From: Candidatus Omnitrophota bacterium
Lineage (GTDB): Bacteria > Omnitrophota > Gorgyraeia > Zapsychrales > JANLHA01
Reading direction: 5' to 3'
Assembly: GCA_963662715.1 (NCBI GenBank)
Contig: OY759724.1
Coordinates: forward strand, 390,001-422,000
Length of the DNA stretch: 32,000 bases
Every line of letters starts with the position of its first letter. The first letter of the stretch is position 1. Below the pieces are notes generated by a model that had not been told where the DNA came from, made no database searches, and saw only the letters and a list, made by a program, of their open reading frames with translations. The position numbers and the translations under genes were made by a program. Positions 16,888-24,972 of the stretch are shown piece by piece.

Positions 16888-16935
16888 TGTCTTTAACAAA
16901 GAATCTCGAAAAGGAGAGATTCTTTGTTAAAGACA
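16888..16935. repeat. Perfect inverted repeat: 20-bp stem with an 8-nt loop
   Basis: TGTCTTTAACAAAGAATCTC / GAAAAGGA / GAGATTCTTTGTTAAAGACA. All 20 pairs were verified base by base. It is followed by A7 on the plus strand. Confidence 0.9.
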
Positions 16936-17013
16936 AAAAAATGCTCTTCTGAGGTATTTGATATCCCCCGGACATGCGTTTTTCAAAGGAAGGACCCAAC
17001 CTTCGGGGTATTG

Positions 17014-17045
17014 AAAAAAAAATACGCCGGTCTGCACTATCGGCG
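17014..17045 (-). terminator. Candidate intrinsic terminator (minus strand)
   Basis: Minus-strand RNA reads CGCCG, an 11-nt loop, CGGCG, UA, then U9. The stop codon of the 45-aa ORF lies in the loop. The stem is only 5 bp but all G-C. Confidence 0.45.
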
Positions 17046-17174
17046 GTGCGGCTTTGATCTTAAAATATCTTCAAAAGTCCAGTCGCGTTCTTTCTTGGGT
17101 TCCCTTGGCTTGTTAACAGCCGTTCTTCGTGGATCCAGTTTGTTCTGTCTTGGTTTTTTGGATGATCGTCCCAT
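17037..17174 (-). CDS. Candidate 45-aa basic mini-protein (possible paralogue of the bS22-like peptide)
   Basis: MGRSSKKPRQNKLDPRRTAVNKPREPKKERDWTFEDILRSKPHRR. AGGTGG SD 4 nt upstream. Followed by the hairpin plus U9 terminator. Shares in-register RQ (9-10) and RDW (30-32) with the 9243-9344 peptide. Confidence 0.35.
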   Translation of the reverse strand: MGRSSKKPRQNKLDPRRTAVNKPREPKKERDWTFEDILRSKPHRR

Positions 17175-17288
17175 ACGCCCACCTTTGGTTATTTAAGCCC
17201 ATCAGATATAATATGTCATGCCACCTTCCTGTCTACAGAGGGACAACGAACGCAAATTGACCGGCTGAGGGATTCCGCTGCTTTTCCA

Positions 17289-17579
17289 TCACTCGAACCG
17301 ATAGACCTTCCGAATCGTTTCCAAAACATTCCAAGTGCAGCTCAGCCCCTTAGGGAAAACCACATAATCACCCGCTGTTATTTCCACCTCCTGTTGAGAT
17401 GCTTTGACGATAACCCGCCCCTCATAAAGATAAGCCAGCTCTTTGTCAGCATAGTGCCAGTCAAATGCAGAGGGCGCGCACTCCCAGACACTCCAGCGGT
17501 CATTGGATTGAACTGCGGCCGGGATTCCTTCTTTTTCCCGTTCTTCTTGGGTTAATTTTTTGACAAAAATCTTTTCCAT
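17289..17579 (-). CDS. Small cupin-domain protein (cupin_3 / DUF861-like)
   Basis: 96 aa. W..W......F.W.Y...E..Y.LEG...V and GD.V.FP.G..C.W.V...RK.Y pattern. Confidence 0.8.
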   Translation of the reverse strand: MEKIFVKKLTQEEREKEGIPAAVQSNDRWSVWECAPSAFDWHYADKELAYLYEGRVIVKASQQEVEITAGDYVVFPKGLSCTWNVLETIRKVYRFE

Positions 17580-17596
17580 GAATAACCTTCTTTCCG

Positions 17597-18004
17597 TTAT
17601 GACCTGTCCGGTTCCTTATAATCCCATTTCACCAAATTGCCCTGATGATCAAAATACAAATAAACTTTTTCAGAGCCTTTGAAAATCATTTGGTACCGGT
17701 ACATCCATATCAGCTTTACGGGACGGCCGTCTTTAACCTCGCTCACATAAAGGGGAACCCCGTAGATCTCTTTTATTTGCTCCGCACTCATGTCCTTCTC
17801 TAAAGCATTGGATCGAACGGCCTCCAGGAGCATCTCAAAGCGCTTGTCCGCATCATCAACATACCGGGCCTGTTCGCCGGTATTATCTGAATACGCCTTG
17901 ATCGTAAGCAACTGGTCCATATGTGCCAATTTAGCACACCCGGCCGAAACCAGCAGAGATAGACCTAAAAATATTATACAAGATTTCATTATAAATGGTG
18001 CCAT
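17597..18004 (-). CDS. Probable lipoprotein, function unknown
   Basis: 135 aa. Signal sequence ending in LLVSAGC (lipobox-like) and a small mixed alpha/beta C-terminal domain. An alternative start is the ATG at 17989. Confidence 0.6.
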   Translation of the reverse strand: MAPFIMKSCIIFLGLSLLVSAGCAKLAHMDQLLTIKAYSDNTGEQARYVDDADKRFEMLLEAVRSNALEKDMSAEQIKEIYGVPLYVSEVKDGRPVKLIWMYRYQMIFKGSEKVYLYFDHQGNLVKWDYKEPDRS

Positions 18005-18053
18005 ATGGATTCATCCCGTGAAACAATTTTTCCCCACGCAATCGCTCCGGCCT

Positions 18054-19997
18054 TTACGCCTGGCTTATCCTCGTCCGTTCCTCTTTCAATTTTTTAATTT
18101 CAGACTCCATGTCCCTCATTAATTTGGGGATCTTCTTCAGACGCTGCCCGCATTCTTTAATTAACTGGGGGTCCTTCCCATAAGAATTCGACAGTATTCT
18201 GCTTTTAACATAACTTTCCCGTTCCAGGTCCTTCATTTGCTGTTCCAGGGTCTTAATCTGATTCTTAATTTCACTCTTCCTTTTTAAAGCCTGGTTATGT
18301 TTTCTCCGGACCTCTTTCAGCTTTTCATATTCCTCAACACGTGTTTTCTTCTCCGCCGCCTTGGCCTCCCGGACTTGTTTCTGCGTTCTAGCCTCCTGTT
18401 TCTGGGTTAAAGTCTCCCCTTCCTTCTTCTTGTCCAGATAATAATCGAGTCCGCCGGGATAACTTTTGATCTGGCCTTGATTAACCTCAACAATATTATC
18501 GGCAATCTCTTTGACAAAAAAAAGATCGTGGCTGATAAAGCACAGGGTTCCCTCGTACTGCCGGAAAGCCTTTATCAGGGCTTCGACGCCATCGATATCA
18601 AGGTGCGTGGTCGGCTCATCCAGCAGAATAAAATTAGGCGGACGGATAAGAAGTTTCGCCAGAATCAAACGGCTCTTCTCTCCTCCGGACAGGACCCGAA
18701 CCGACTTGAAGACATCGTCCCCGTGAAAATTAAAAAGCCCTAAAAGCGTGCGCATCTGTGTCGCCGGATACGTCCCTTCGACCGTAGCGGCCAGTTCATC
18801 CAGCACGCTCCGGTTCGGGTTCAGGACATCCAGTCTTGTCTGCGAAAAATAGCCTCTCTGAACCTGATGCCCCAAAGTCACCCGTCCCTGATCCGGAGGC
18901 AGAACGCCGGCCATCATTTTAAGCAGCGTGGACTTCCCGGCGCCGTTAGGGCCGACGAGACAGATCTTCTGCTTTTGGAAAATCTCAAAATGCAGGTTCT
19001 GATAAACTTTTTTCTCCCCGTACGCCTTACTCACGCGGTCAAGGGTCATAACCGTATATCCGCTCGGATCAATTTCAGGGAAAGAAAAATCCTTGATGCT
19101 TTTCTTTTCCTGCGGCAGATCGATATTTTCCAATCGCTCGATCATCTTTCTCTTGTTTCTGACCGCGGCGGCCCGGTTAGGTTGCGCATGGAACCGCTGC
19201 GTGAATCTCTCCAGCTGCTGTCTCTTTTTCTCAATCACTTTTTGGCGCTTCTCCAGGCCTTTTAAAGAAATCTCCTTCTGCTGCTCATACGACTTGTAGT
19301 TTCCTTTGACTTTCGTTAAAACACCGTCATCCAAAACAATCGTATAATTCGTGACTTCGTTCAGAAAGACCTTGTCGTGGGAAATCATAATAAACGTCCC
19401 CGGATAATTCTTCAAGAAATCCTTAAGCCACAACGTGGCCGGGAGATCCAGGTAATTTGTCGGCTCGTCCAGCAACAGGACATCATACTGGTAGACCAGA
19501 AGCTTGGCGAGCAACGTCCGCATCTGCCAGCCCCCGCTTAATTCAACAATGGGTCTGTGAAAATCCTTCGTGCTGAACCCCAGGCCGGAAAGAATCGCTT
19601 CCGCCTTATGTTCGATTTCATAAATGCCCAGCTGCTCCAATTCAAGCAGAATGTCCCCGTATCGGACCTGATCCGCCTTGTTATTTTCTTCATAAAACCG
19701 TTTTTCTTCCAGTAACTGCCGGATATGCTCGTCTCCGGATGTCACTTCATCCAAAACAGAACGGCTCGAATGGAAGGTCGATTCTTGCGGCAGGTACCCC
19801 ACCTTCAAATTCTTCTGCATCTGGACGGCACCACCGGAAGCTTCTGTTTCACCTAGAATAATTGAGAATAGTGTCGTTTTCCCGGCCCCGTTAGGCCCGG
19901 TTAATCCGATTCGTTCCTGCGGAAAAATGCTCAAGTTAACACTTTTAAATAGAGTCCGTTGAGTCAGATTCTTGGTCAGATTTGTGATCGCGATCAT
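18054..19997 (-). CDS. ABC-F family ATPase (Uup-like, with C-terminal coiled coil)
   Basis: 647 aa. Two ABC cassettes (GPNGAGKTT and GPNGAGKST; LSGG signatures LSGGWQMR and LSGGEKSR), no TM domain, and a Lys/Glu-rich C-terminal coiled coil of about 100 aa. Confidence 0.9.
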   Translation of the reverse strand: MIAITNLTKNLTQRTLFKSVNLSIFPQERIGLTGPNGAGKTTLFSIILGETEASGGAVQMQKNLKVGYLPQESTFHSSRSVLDEVTSGDEHIRQLLEEKRFYEENNKADQVRYGDILLELEQLGIYEIEHKAEAILSGLGFSTKDFHRPIVELSGGWQMRTLLAKLLVYQYDVLLLDEPTNYLDLPATLWLKDFLKNYPGTFIMISHDKVFLNEVTNYTIVLDDGVLTKVKGNYKSYEQQKEISLKGLEKRQKVIEKKRQQLERFTQRFHAQPNRAAAVRNKRKMIERLENIDLPQEKKSIKDFSFPEIDPSGYTVMTLDRVSKAYGEKKVYQNLHFEIFQKQKICLVGPNGAGKSTLLKMMAGVLPPDQGRVTLGHQVQRGYFSQTRLDVLNPNRSVLDELAATVEGTYPATQMRTLLGLFNFHGDDVFKSVRVLSGGEKSRLILAKLLIRPPNFILLDEPTTHLDIDGVEALIKAFRQYEGTLCFISHDLFFVKEIADNIVEVNQGQIKSYPGGLDYYLDKKKEGETLTQKQEARTQKQVREAKAAEKKTRVEEYEKLKEVRRKHNQALKRKSEIKNQIKTLEQQMKDLERESYVKSRILSNSYGKDPQLIKECGQRLKKIPKLMRDMESEIKKLKEERTRISQA

Positions 19998-20793
19998 AAT
20001 ATTTCAATGCCGTATCAAGATCGATCCCGATGTCGAGTTCTTTCTTCTTCGGGCGATGATTCCAAAAGATAATGATTATTATCAAGATAATATTGATAAG
20101 AGGACCGAGATAAAAGCTCTTAAAAAGATGCAGCACCAACATCGCACTGTATATAAACGTCACGACCCCCATTTGAATCCAACGGTATTGTTCGTGCCAG
20201 AATAAATCAGCGAAATAAATGAGAATAACAAGCAAAGCCACATAGAAGGCCCAGGGGAAAATGGGCTTAAGGATCTGCCGAAGATCATTGTACATTTTGA
20301 TCCATTTGGGAGGATCGGGATTCAGGACCTGCTTAAAATCTTTAGCCACGAAGAGAATCAAAGCCTCCTCACAACTCTGCTTGCCTAACCCCACTTTTAA
20401 AAACTTGGGGACGTCCTCACAAGCATCATCAATTTCATCCGACAGCTCTTCCACTTTCTCGCCGATACACTTTTGAAACGGCTCAAGCTCGAAACCGTTC
20501 TCCTTGGACAGGGACGCTTTGACGCAATCCTTGATATGTTCGGGGATTTTCTCATCAATGATGTCCTGGCTATCCTCTTTAATCACAGAAGCAAATTCCC
20601 GGATAACACAGTTCTCCTTCTCGTTTAACATCGCCTGCGGGATGTAAATGTCATTTTTAACCTGACGTTTGAAATCTTCACAACGGCTCAATGCCCTCCG
20701 CATAAAGACCTTTGACCGCTGGGCCTCCGCAGGCCGGGCCAACAGCCCGCCCATACTCAAAACACATAAAGAAAAAATAAGGATTCTTTTCAT
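19945..20793 (-). CDS. Hypothetical exported Cys6 domain protein with C-terminal TM helices
   Basis: 282 aa. Signal peptide (..LLARPAEA), a roughly 150-aa acidic domain with six spaced Cys, about 3 hydrophobic helices, and an acidic tail. No family recognised. Confidence 0.6.
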   Translation of the reverse strand: MKRILIFSLCVLSMGGLLARPAEAQRSKVFMRRALSRCEDFKRQVKNDIYIPQAMLNEKENCVIREFASVIKEDSQDIIDEKIPEHIKDCVKASLSKENGFELEPFQKCIGEKVEELSDEIDDACEDVPKFLKVGLGKQSCEEALILFVAKDFKQVLNPDPPKWIKMYNDLRQILKPIFPWAFYVALLVILIYFADLFWHEQYRWIQMGVVTFIYSAMLVLHLFKSFYLGPLINIILIIIIIFWNHRPKKKELDIGIDLDTALKYYDRDHKSDQESDSTDSI

Positions 20794-20797
20794 AAAC

Positions 20798-21535
20798 CTA
20801 TATTGCCCTTAGCGCTTTTATTTCCCCGTCCGCCAAGAATCTGAACTTCCCCAGAGGAAGGCGTCCCAGCTTAACCGGCCCCTGCCGCATTCTTTTCAAA
20901 TAGACAACTTTATAACCCAATTGAGCAAACATTCTGCGAACCTGCCGTTTACGCCCTTCATGGATCACCAAGGTCAATTGAGAAGACCCGGATTTATTTT
21001 GAATACTTTCTATTTTAGCCGGGGCGGTCTTTTTATGGTCAATAAAAAGGCCCCCCTCAATTTTTTTCCTATCTTCAAATTTAAAAAGAGTTTTTATTCT
21101 TACCAGATAGGTTTTTTCTATATTATACCTTGGATGTGTCAGCCTTTGAATTATTTTACCATCATTTGTTAATAATAAAAGCCCTTCTGTATTCTTATCC
21201 AAACGGCCGACCGGCTTTACGCCGCTCAAAGTTTTCGGCAAAAGGTCATAAACGGTTCTTTCGGCGAAAGGGTCCCTCTTTGTTGTCACGTAGCCGGAAG
21301 GCTTATTCAACATAAGGTACTGATATTGGGGAGCGGCAATCCGTTTGCCTTTAACACGGACGTCCTCCCCGCCATGGACCGGGAAAGACGGCTCCGACAC
21401 GGTTTTCCCGTTAACAGACACATCCCCTCTCTGAATCAGCGTCATAGCCTGCCTTCGGGACGTGATCCCGGAGCGGGATAAAAAGACCTGCAACCTTAGA
21501 GTTCCGGCTTCCCGCTGTTGTTGTGAATCAACCAT
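20798..21535 (-). CDS. rRNA pseudouridine synthase (RsuA/RluB family) with S4 domain
   Basis: 245 aa. N-terminal S4 RNA-binding domain (LQVFLSRSGITSRRQA..LI..G.V.VNG) and catalytic motif GRLDKNTEGLLLLTNDG. Confidence 0.9.
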   Translation of the reverse strand: MVDSQQQREAGTLRLQVFLSRSGITSRRQAMTLIQRGDVSVNGKTVSEPSFPVHGGEDVRVKGKRIAAPQYQYLMLNKPSGYVTTKRDPFAERTVYDLLPKTLSGVKPVGRLDKNTEGLLLLTNDGKIIQRLTHPRYNIEKTYLVRIKTLFKFEDRKKIEGGLFIDHKKTAPAKIESIQNKSGSSQLTLVIHEGRKRQVRRMFAQLGYKVVYLKRMRQGPVKLGRLPLGKFRFLADGEIKALRAI

Positions 21536-21567
21536 TTTTTCCTCTGCTCCTGCCGGCTTTACGGTGG

Positions 21568-22353
21568 CTAAGGACTCCTTTGCCGTAAAGCTTCATAAAG
21601 CATAACGGCGCTTGATACAGACACATTCAGTGAATCAGCCCGGCCTTTCATCGGGATACGGACCAACTCATCCGCCCGTGACAGCCAGAATTCGCCCAAA
21701 CCATCATGCTCGCTGCCGACAACAATAGCGATATCCCCTCCCAAATCAACACGGCTGTACGGTTTTGCGGCGGCCGGAGATGTCGCGATAATCTTCACAT
21801 GTCTTTTCCTGAAAAACGCCAGAGTGTCTTCCGGGTTCGCCTGAATAACCGGCAAGACGAAGACGCTCCCCAAACTTGCCCGGATGCAATTGGGATTGTA
21901 AATATCCGTTCTGGGATGACAGACAATAACGCCGTCCACTCCGGCCCCATCGCATGTTCTTAATATGGCGCCTAGATTCCCCGGTTTCTCAAGCTGCTCA
22001 ACAACCAGAAATAGCGCCCCCGGCCGCACAGGGATACTTGAGAATGTTTTAGGAACAGGGGCACAAACCGCGACAAGGCCTTCCCTCCGTTCCCCAAAGG
22101 CAATCTTTTCAAAGACCGGGCGGGTCACTTCATAGACGGGCCTTTCTTGCTTCAGGAGTTGCCTGTATAGCTGCTCGTCCTTAAACCCGTCGTAAAAAAC
22201 ATAAACTTCATTTATAGGTATCCCGGCTTCTAAGGCCCGCCGCACTTCTTGAACGCCGTCCACGACCGTCAGCCCCTGTTCCTGCCGGACCTTACTTTTT
22301 CTTAACCTTATCAAATTCTTAACATGCGGGTTCGTTAAGCTGGATATCTTCAT
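21568..22353 (-). CDS. TrmH/SpoU-family RNA 2'-O-methyltransferase
   Basis: 261 aa. SpoU substrate-binding N-domain and SPOUT motifs (PGNLGAILRT, VVGSE..G, IPM.G...SLNVS). Confidence 0.85.
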   Translation of the reverse strand: MKISSLTNPHVKNLIRLRKSKVRQEQGLTVVDGVQEVRRALEAGIPINEVYVFYDGFKDEQLYRQLLKQERPVYEVTRPVFEKIAFGERREGLVAVCAPVPKTFSSIPVRPGALFLVVEQLEKPGNLGAILRTCDGAGVDGVIVCHPRTDIYNPNCIRASLGSVFVLPVIQANPEDTLAFFRKRHVKIIATSPAAAKPYSRVDLGGDIAIVVGSEHDGLGEFWLSRADELVRIPMKGRADSLNVSVSSAVMLYEALRQRSP

Positions 22354-23567
22354 TATTTTCGCACAGCCCGTTTCAGGACACGGAGAAGCCCCTCGTTAGG
22401 CTTAAACGAAGGGGTTTGCCAAGAAAGACACATTTTCCGTTTATTTTTAAGCCATTGTTCCCCGAAATTATCCCACCCCAAAATCGGGCCTTCCCGTCTT
22501 ACCCAGGACGGATTCTGATAAAAACTTAACAAGCCATCGGGGAATATATGATTCTTTACCGCTTTATAGGTCCAATAGGTCCAATGAAAATCCCAATCCC
22601 GGAAGATATCTAAAACATCCGCCAGCCATTTATCTTCCCCGAAAAATGTCTGGCGGTAATTAATCCCGAACTCCCCGATAAAAAGGGGACGCCCTTTTGA
22701 TTGAGCCAAAGCGTGATATCTGCTTAAAATCTTCCGAAGCGTCGATTTCGTGAATAACGGGGAACCGTTTGCGGATCGGAAAGGATAAGACAAATCAGGC
22801 ACAAAATTAAACGTGAAATCCAAGGGATCGTAAAAATGCGCGCTCAATACAATATTATCATCTTCAAAAGAATCCAGGCAGGCGAGGTCGGTGGCCCATT
22901 TATTGCCCTCCAGGAAGAGGATATGGTTCCGGTCAACCCGGCGGATGGCCTGAATAAGTTCCCGGTAAAGAGCATTCAACTTGCGGGAATCCTGAACCAC
23001 CGCTTCGTTTAAAAGGTCATACCCGGCGACAGCGGTTTCTTTCCGGTAACGCCGGGCAATGAATTCCCATAAAGCACAGGTTCTCCTGCGATAGGCGGCT
23101 GTTGTCCAGAGCTTAGCCTTCCCGGAACTGTCAGAATGCCAGTCATGGTTTTGAGATCCGCAAGCGGCATGGAGGTCAAAAATCACCCAAAGCTTGTGCC
23201 GTTTCGCCCACGACACGACATGATCAAGATATTTGACTCCCCGCCTGTCATAAGCATAGGGTTCCCGTTCAATTAAGGCATAATGAAAGGGGACCCTGAC
23301 ACAATTGAATCCCAACTGAGAAATTCGCCGGAAATCCTCCTCCCGGATAAAGGAATTCCGGAATGAGCTTTCAAACTCGATGAGTTTCTCTCTGCCCAGG
23401 GCTTTCTGAAACCGCTTCTTAAAGCCAGCTTCGGGCTGATTCAGAGAATGAAGGATATACCCCTCCATCAAAAGCCATCCCCCGAGGTTAACGCCCCGTA
23501 GCATGATTTTTTTGTGGCGGCAATAAATGTGTTTCTGGCAAACCTTCAGAAAATGGTCCATGGACAA
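22353..23567 (-). CDS. Glycoside hydrolase family 5 protein (no signal peptide)
   Basis: 404 aa. RGVNLGGWL, acid/base NE in YDLLNEAV, and candidate nucleophile E in FIGEFG. The TAA stop shares one nucleotide with the trmH-like ATG (TAATG). Confidence 0.8.
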   Translation of the reverse strand: MSMDHFLKVCQKHIYCRHKKIMLRGVNLGGWLLMEGYILHSLNQPEAGFKKRFQKALGREKLIEFESSFRNSFIREEDFRRISQLGFNCVRVPFHYALIEREPYAYDRRGVKYLDHVVSWAKRHKLWVIFDLHAACGSQNHDWHSDSSGKAKLWTTAAYRRRTCALWEFIARRYRKETAVAGYDLLNEAVVQDSRKLNALYRELIQAIRRVDRNHILFLEGNKWATDLACLDSFEDDNIVLSAHFYDPLDFTFNFVPDLSYPFRSANGSPLFTKSTLRKILSRYHALAQSKGRPLFIGEFGINYRQTFFGEDKWLADVLDIFRDWDFHWTYWTYKAVKNHIFPDGLLSFYQNPSWVRREGPILGWDNFGEQWLKNKRKMCLSWQTPSFKPNEGLLRVLKRAVRK

Positions 23568-23577
23568 AACTCCCTGA

Positions 23578-24399
23578 TCATTTCTTCAAAAAGCCGTATT
23601 GACGCAGGAAGGCCTTAATCCCCCCGATGTACGTCCGTTCGGACACCATGTGGCTGCTGTTATGGTCCCCGGTAATCTTTAAGAATTCTTTTGGCGCCGG
23701 AGCCTCCCGGTAAAGCTTCTCCCCGAAACGGAACGGGACCGTTTCATCCTCAAGGCTGTGGATAAACAATTTCGGCATAGTGCATGACGGGATCTTATGG
23801 ATCGAATCCAGCTTGATTTTCAGGAGGAAAGAAGGGACAAACGGCACCATGATTTTCCCCATGTCCGCAGCCGACGTAAACGTCGAATCTAAAATCAAGG
23901 CATCCACGTCCCTCCGGGTGGCCAGGTCAACGGCAGCGGCGCCACCCAGCGATGCCCCGTAGACAATAATTTTATCACTCGGGATATCCCGGCGGTTCAG
24001 GACATAATCATAGGCGGCCTGGGCGTCTTCATACATTCCTTCCTCCGTGGGCTGGCCTTCACTGTTTCCATACCCGCGGTAATCAAAAATGAAAACATTG
24101 ACCCCGATTTTGTGAAACATAAAAATTTTCTCGAGACGGTCGCCGATATTGCCCGCATTGCCGTGCATAAAAATGAGTGTCGAGGTATTGGGTGACGGCC
24201 TGGCCGCGGGAATAAACCAGCCGTGCAGTTTTTGCTGATGCCCGGAGGGGAAAAACAAATCTTCAAAATCCAGACCGATGTTTTTGGGTGTTGTCAGCAC
24301 CGCTTTTGTCGGGAGGAAGACCGTAGTTTTCTCCATAAAACGGACGTAAATAATCAACCCGACACAAAACAGGAGCGGGTATAACAGTATTCGAATCAT
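23578..24399 (-). CDS. Membrane-anchored alpha/beta hydrolase (BEM46/ABHD13-like)
   Basis: 273 aa. N-terminal TM helix, HGNAGN oxyanion region, nucleophile elbow GASLGG, and C-terminal D and H residues. Confidence 0.8.
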   Translation of the reverse strand: MIRILLYPLLFCVGLIIYVRFMEKTTVFLPTKAVLTTPKNIGLDFEDLFFPSGHQQKLHGWFIPAARPSPNTSTLIFMHGNAGNIGDRLEKIFMFHKIGVNVFIFDYRGYGNSEGQPTEEGMYEDAQAAYDYVLNRRDIPSDKIIVYGASLGGAAAVDLATRRDVDALILDSTFTSAADMGKIMVPFVPSFLLKIKLDSIHKIPSCTMPKLFIHSLEDETVPFRFGEKLYREAPAPKEFLKITGDHNSSHMVSERTYIGGIKAFLRQYGFLKK

Positions 24400-24450
24400 A
24401 AAATCCCCGATGCAAAAACAGCTGTCATCTCACACATTTTCTCTTTTCCC

Positions 24451-24849
24451 TTACGGATCTGACGGGCCTTTTCTGACAGGCAATAACGCCATCATGGAAC
24501 GAATGGCCTTAAGGACCTCCTCTATCGGACACGGTTTCGTTAAATAGTGATCCGCTTCCAGGGAAAACCCTTTCTTCAGATCTGCCAGTTCTTCCCGGGC
24601 AGAAACAATGATAACCGGCTGCCACTTGCCGTCAACCGGATGAGCCCGCAGCTTCTCAAGGACAGAAAAGCCGTCCATCCCAGGCATAACAAGATCCAAA
24701 AGGATAATATCCGGCTTCTCCGAACAGATAAGCTTCCAGGCTTCCTCGCCGTCACGGGCGGTCACAACGGAAAATCCTTCGGCTTTGATTCTTTTTTCCA
24801 TGACGCGAAGGACTTCCAAATCATCATCGGCAATAAGAATTTTTTTCAT
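24451..24849 (-). CDS. Stand-alone response-regulator receiver (CheY-like)
   Basis: 132 aa. DD near the N-terminus, phospho-acceptor D in ILLDLVMPGMDG, conserved S (VSA) and K (TKP). No output domain. Confidence 0.85.
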   Translation of the reverse strand: MKKILIADDDLEVLRVMEKRIKAEGFSVVTARDGEEAWKLICSEKPDIILLDLVMPGMDGFSVLEKLRAHPVDGKWQPVIIVSAREELADLKKGFSLEADHYLTKPCPIEEVLKAIRSMMALLPVRKGPSDP

Positions 24850-24894
24850 GCCCCGGTCTTCATCCTTTCGACAGCCGCCGACACAAACATTTTC

Positions 24895-24929
24895 ATCTTA
24901 TCTCCATCGTTTCCCTATTGCAATGTCAA
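24895..24929 (-). promoter_or_regulatory. Candidate promoter for the receiver gene
   Basis: On the minus strand: TTGCAA (overlapping a TTGACA), 17 nt, TAAGAT. It lies downstream of the dCMP-deaminase terminator. Confidence 0.3.
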
Positions 24930-24972
24930 TATTCATTTATTCATCCTCTCCCAAGGACAAAAATATCCCCAA

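Noticed and set aside
16888-16935. Reading the 20-bp hairpin as an intrinsic or bidirectional terminator
   Set aside because: The flanking homopolymer is on the wrong side for both strands: A7 follows the hairpin on the plus strand, and T7 precedes it on the minus strand. A separate hairpin plus U9 at 17014-17045 already serves minus-strand termination.
16924-17196. Plus-strand 90-aa ORF (TTG start) with the AAGGAG of the hairpin loop as a possible SD
   Set aside because: The sequence looks like a shadow frame (Ser/Leu/Arg/Cys-rich, with no motif or hydrophobic periodicity). Its TTG start is buried in a 20-bp stem. It runs antisense to the better-supported minus-strand mini-ORF and its terminator. 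I cannot fully exclude it.
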